Below are positions 62,278 through 64,000 of a stretch of 64,000 nucleotides of DNA, in pieces. Position 1 is the stretch's first letter. Every line of letters begins with the position of its first letter. The notes below the pieces were generated by a model. It saw nothing but the letters and a program-made list of their open reading frames with translations, did not search any database and was not told the origin of the DNA. Source of the stretch: Azolla caroliniana (lineage: Eukaryota; Plantae; Polypodiophyta); contig JBHGNT010000013.1 in the NCBI GenBank assembly GCA_043228905.1, positions 1,116,001-1,180,000 on the forward strand, read 5' to 3'. The position numbers were made by a program, and so were the translations under genes.

Positions 62278-64000
62278 TGTAAAAGAATACGTGTGGAAGC
62301 TTAACAGACACAACCGGGTAACAACAAATAAAAGACAAGAGACAATGAAGATAAGGAAGGTTTAATGGAAAGCTTAATCAATAGAACATACGCGGGAGAG
62401 ACAGAGAAAGCAGAACACAGAAAACTCTTCTCTTCTGGATCTTCGCTCCGGCTTCTCCTGGCTTCACACCTCTCTTGTGCTCCTCGACCCTTTCGGTCGT
62501 CTGCCTTTCTCAGCTCCCTTGCTGTCGCAATGTTGGTGCCTCTTCCGCTGCCCTTTCCTCCGCTTGTCCTTCAGTTGATTCAACGTCTCCAAATCGAACA
62601 TTCAAACTGAATCGATTGTCTTCGATTCGTTTCCACTCTTGCCCGAATTGGTTGTCTTCAATCCGTCTTCTATCTTCAGGCCCTTAACCACATCAGACGA
62701 TGTTTGGGGCTTGGCCTTCTCACCCTTCTTGGCTTCATTTCCCCCTTGTTCGGTTGACTTCGACTCTTCCTTTTGGTTGTTGCCCTTGTTTCCGCCTTCG
62801 GCTTCTTCAGTCGACCCGAAATTTAATTCTTCATCCAACTCGGCTTCGCGGTCATTTCTGCTCCTTTCCTGCTCCCTTTCTTGGTCTTTTCTCCCCCTCA
62901 AGTTTGGCACGTCGAGGTGCCGCAAACCAAGAGCACCCGAGAATTACCGCAACTTGTCGAGACCAAGGGGATTGGTGAAGATGTCGGCAGTTTGCCGATC
63001 CGTCGGAACATATACTAGTTCGACTTCACTGGAGAGGACATGCTCGCAGACAAAATGTGCTTGGTCTGGGCGTGGAAGATGGGGTTCTTCACAAGTTGGA
63101 TGCTCTTGAGGTTGTCGCAATAGATCGTCGTAAGATTGGACACCTCCAACTGCAAATCCTTGAGTAGCCATTTGAGCTAGATGACTTCACACGTAGCGTC
63201 ATCCGTTCCTCAATACTCGGCCTCTGTGCTCGACAATGCCACTGTCGGCTGCTTTTTACTGCTCCATGCGATCGCCACACTTCCCAATGAAAACGCATAT
63301 CCAGATGTTGATCTACGATCGCTGACATTTCCGGCCCAATCGACATCCGTGTAACTGACTAACTACTCGGCTACTCCTACCCGATATAGCAATGCCATGT
63401 CCTTAGTGCCGCTGACATACCGCAATATCCTTTGCGCACACTGAAGGTGTTCGGTCGTGCGCTGCGACATAAATTGACTAATCAAGGCGACTGGGTAACT
63501 GAGATCCGACCGAGTGATCGTCAAATAAATTAGGCTTCCAACAATCTGTCGGAACCGTGTCGGGTCACACGTCTTTCCCGAATCTCGATGAAGCTTGACG
63601 TTTTTGTCCAGAGGATTTGAGATGCACTTATAGTCTGTCATCCCAAACTTGAAGAACATACTCAACACATAATGTCGTTGGCTGATTAGTATGCCTTCGG
63701 GGGCATGGATCACTTCGATCCCGAGGAAGTAATGAAGGTCCCCTAGGTCCTTCAAATCGAATGATGCCGCGAGCTGGGACTTTATGCGGTCGATTTCATC
63801 TAGGTCGGCACCGACGATGACTAAATCATCAACATAAAGTAAAATACTAATTAGTCCATGTCGACCTTGCCAGAAGAACAACGAAGAGTTCGATTTGGAC
63901 GCCGCAAACCCCATCCAACGCAGGCGCTGCGTGATCTTCGCGTTCCACGCGCGTGGGGCTTGTTATAGTTCGTAGAGGGACTTCTTCAGTCGGCATACCG
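62278..64000 (-). mobile_element. Ty1/Copia 3' portion (RT-RNaseH-3' LTR) nested in the previous Copia
   Basis: RT LLYVDDL..YFLGIEV..RILRY and RNaseH end QTADIFTNPLG. PPT-like TTGAGGGGGAG at 62891-62901 (-). LTR-like end ...TTTTACA at 62278. Confidence 0.88.

Overview
Eukaryotic nuclear DNA from a land plant. The TE lineages (Tcn1-like chromovirus, non-chromoviral Gypsy without chromodomain) and the abundant (CT)n/(TACA)n microsatellites suggest a non-seed plant, probably a fern (inference). The left ~27 kb is a nested stack of decayed retroelements. A Tnt1/Tork-like Copia is interrupted by two Tcn1/Tf2-like Gypsy copies and a deleted Copia. It abuts an L1-like LINE, which is itself interrupted by a structurally complete 9.0-kb Gypsy (16692-25731, 489-bp LTRs, TSD AATCC). 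The gene island at ~28-58 kb holds four intact genes: a single-exon multi-pass membrane protein, a group I WRKY transcription factor, an ankyrin + CbbX-type AAA+ ATPase, and an hnRNP-Q/R (LIF2-like) 3-RRM protein. The right end is another Copia-in-Copia nest. The most striking observation is that the 9-kb Gypsy has no polypurine tract and carries tRNA-Arg-matching primer sites at BOTH inner LTR junctions in opposite orientation, suggesting tRNA priming of both cDNA strands. Also notable are a self-priming signature in the Tcn1-like elements, a probable twin-primed (5'-inverted) LINE, and a tandem array of His-stop uORFs upstream of the ANK-AAA gene. All alignments were done by eye, and the tRNA identity rests on recalled plant tRNA sequences.
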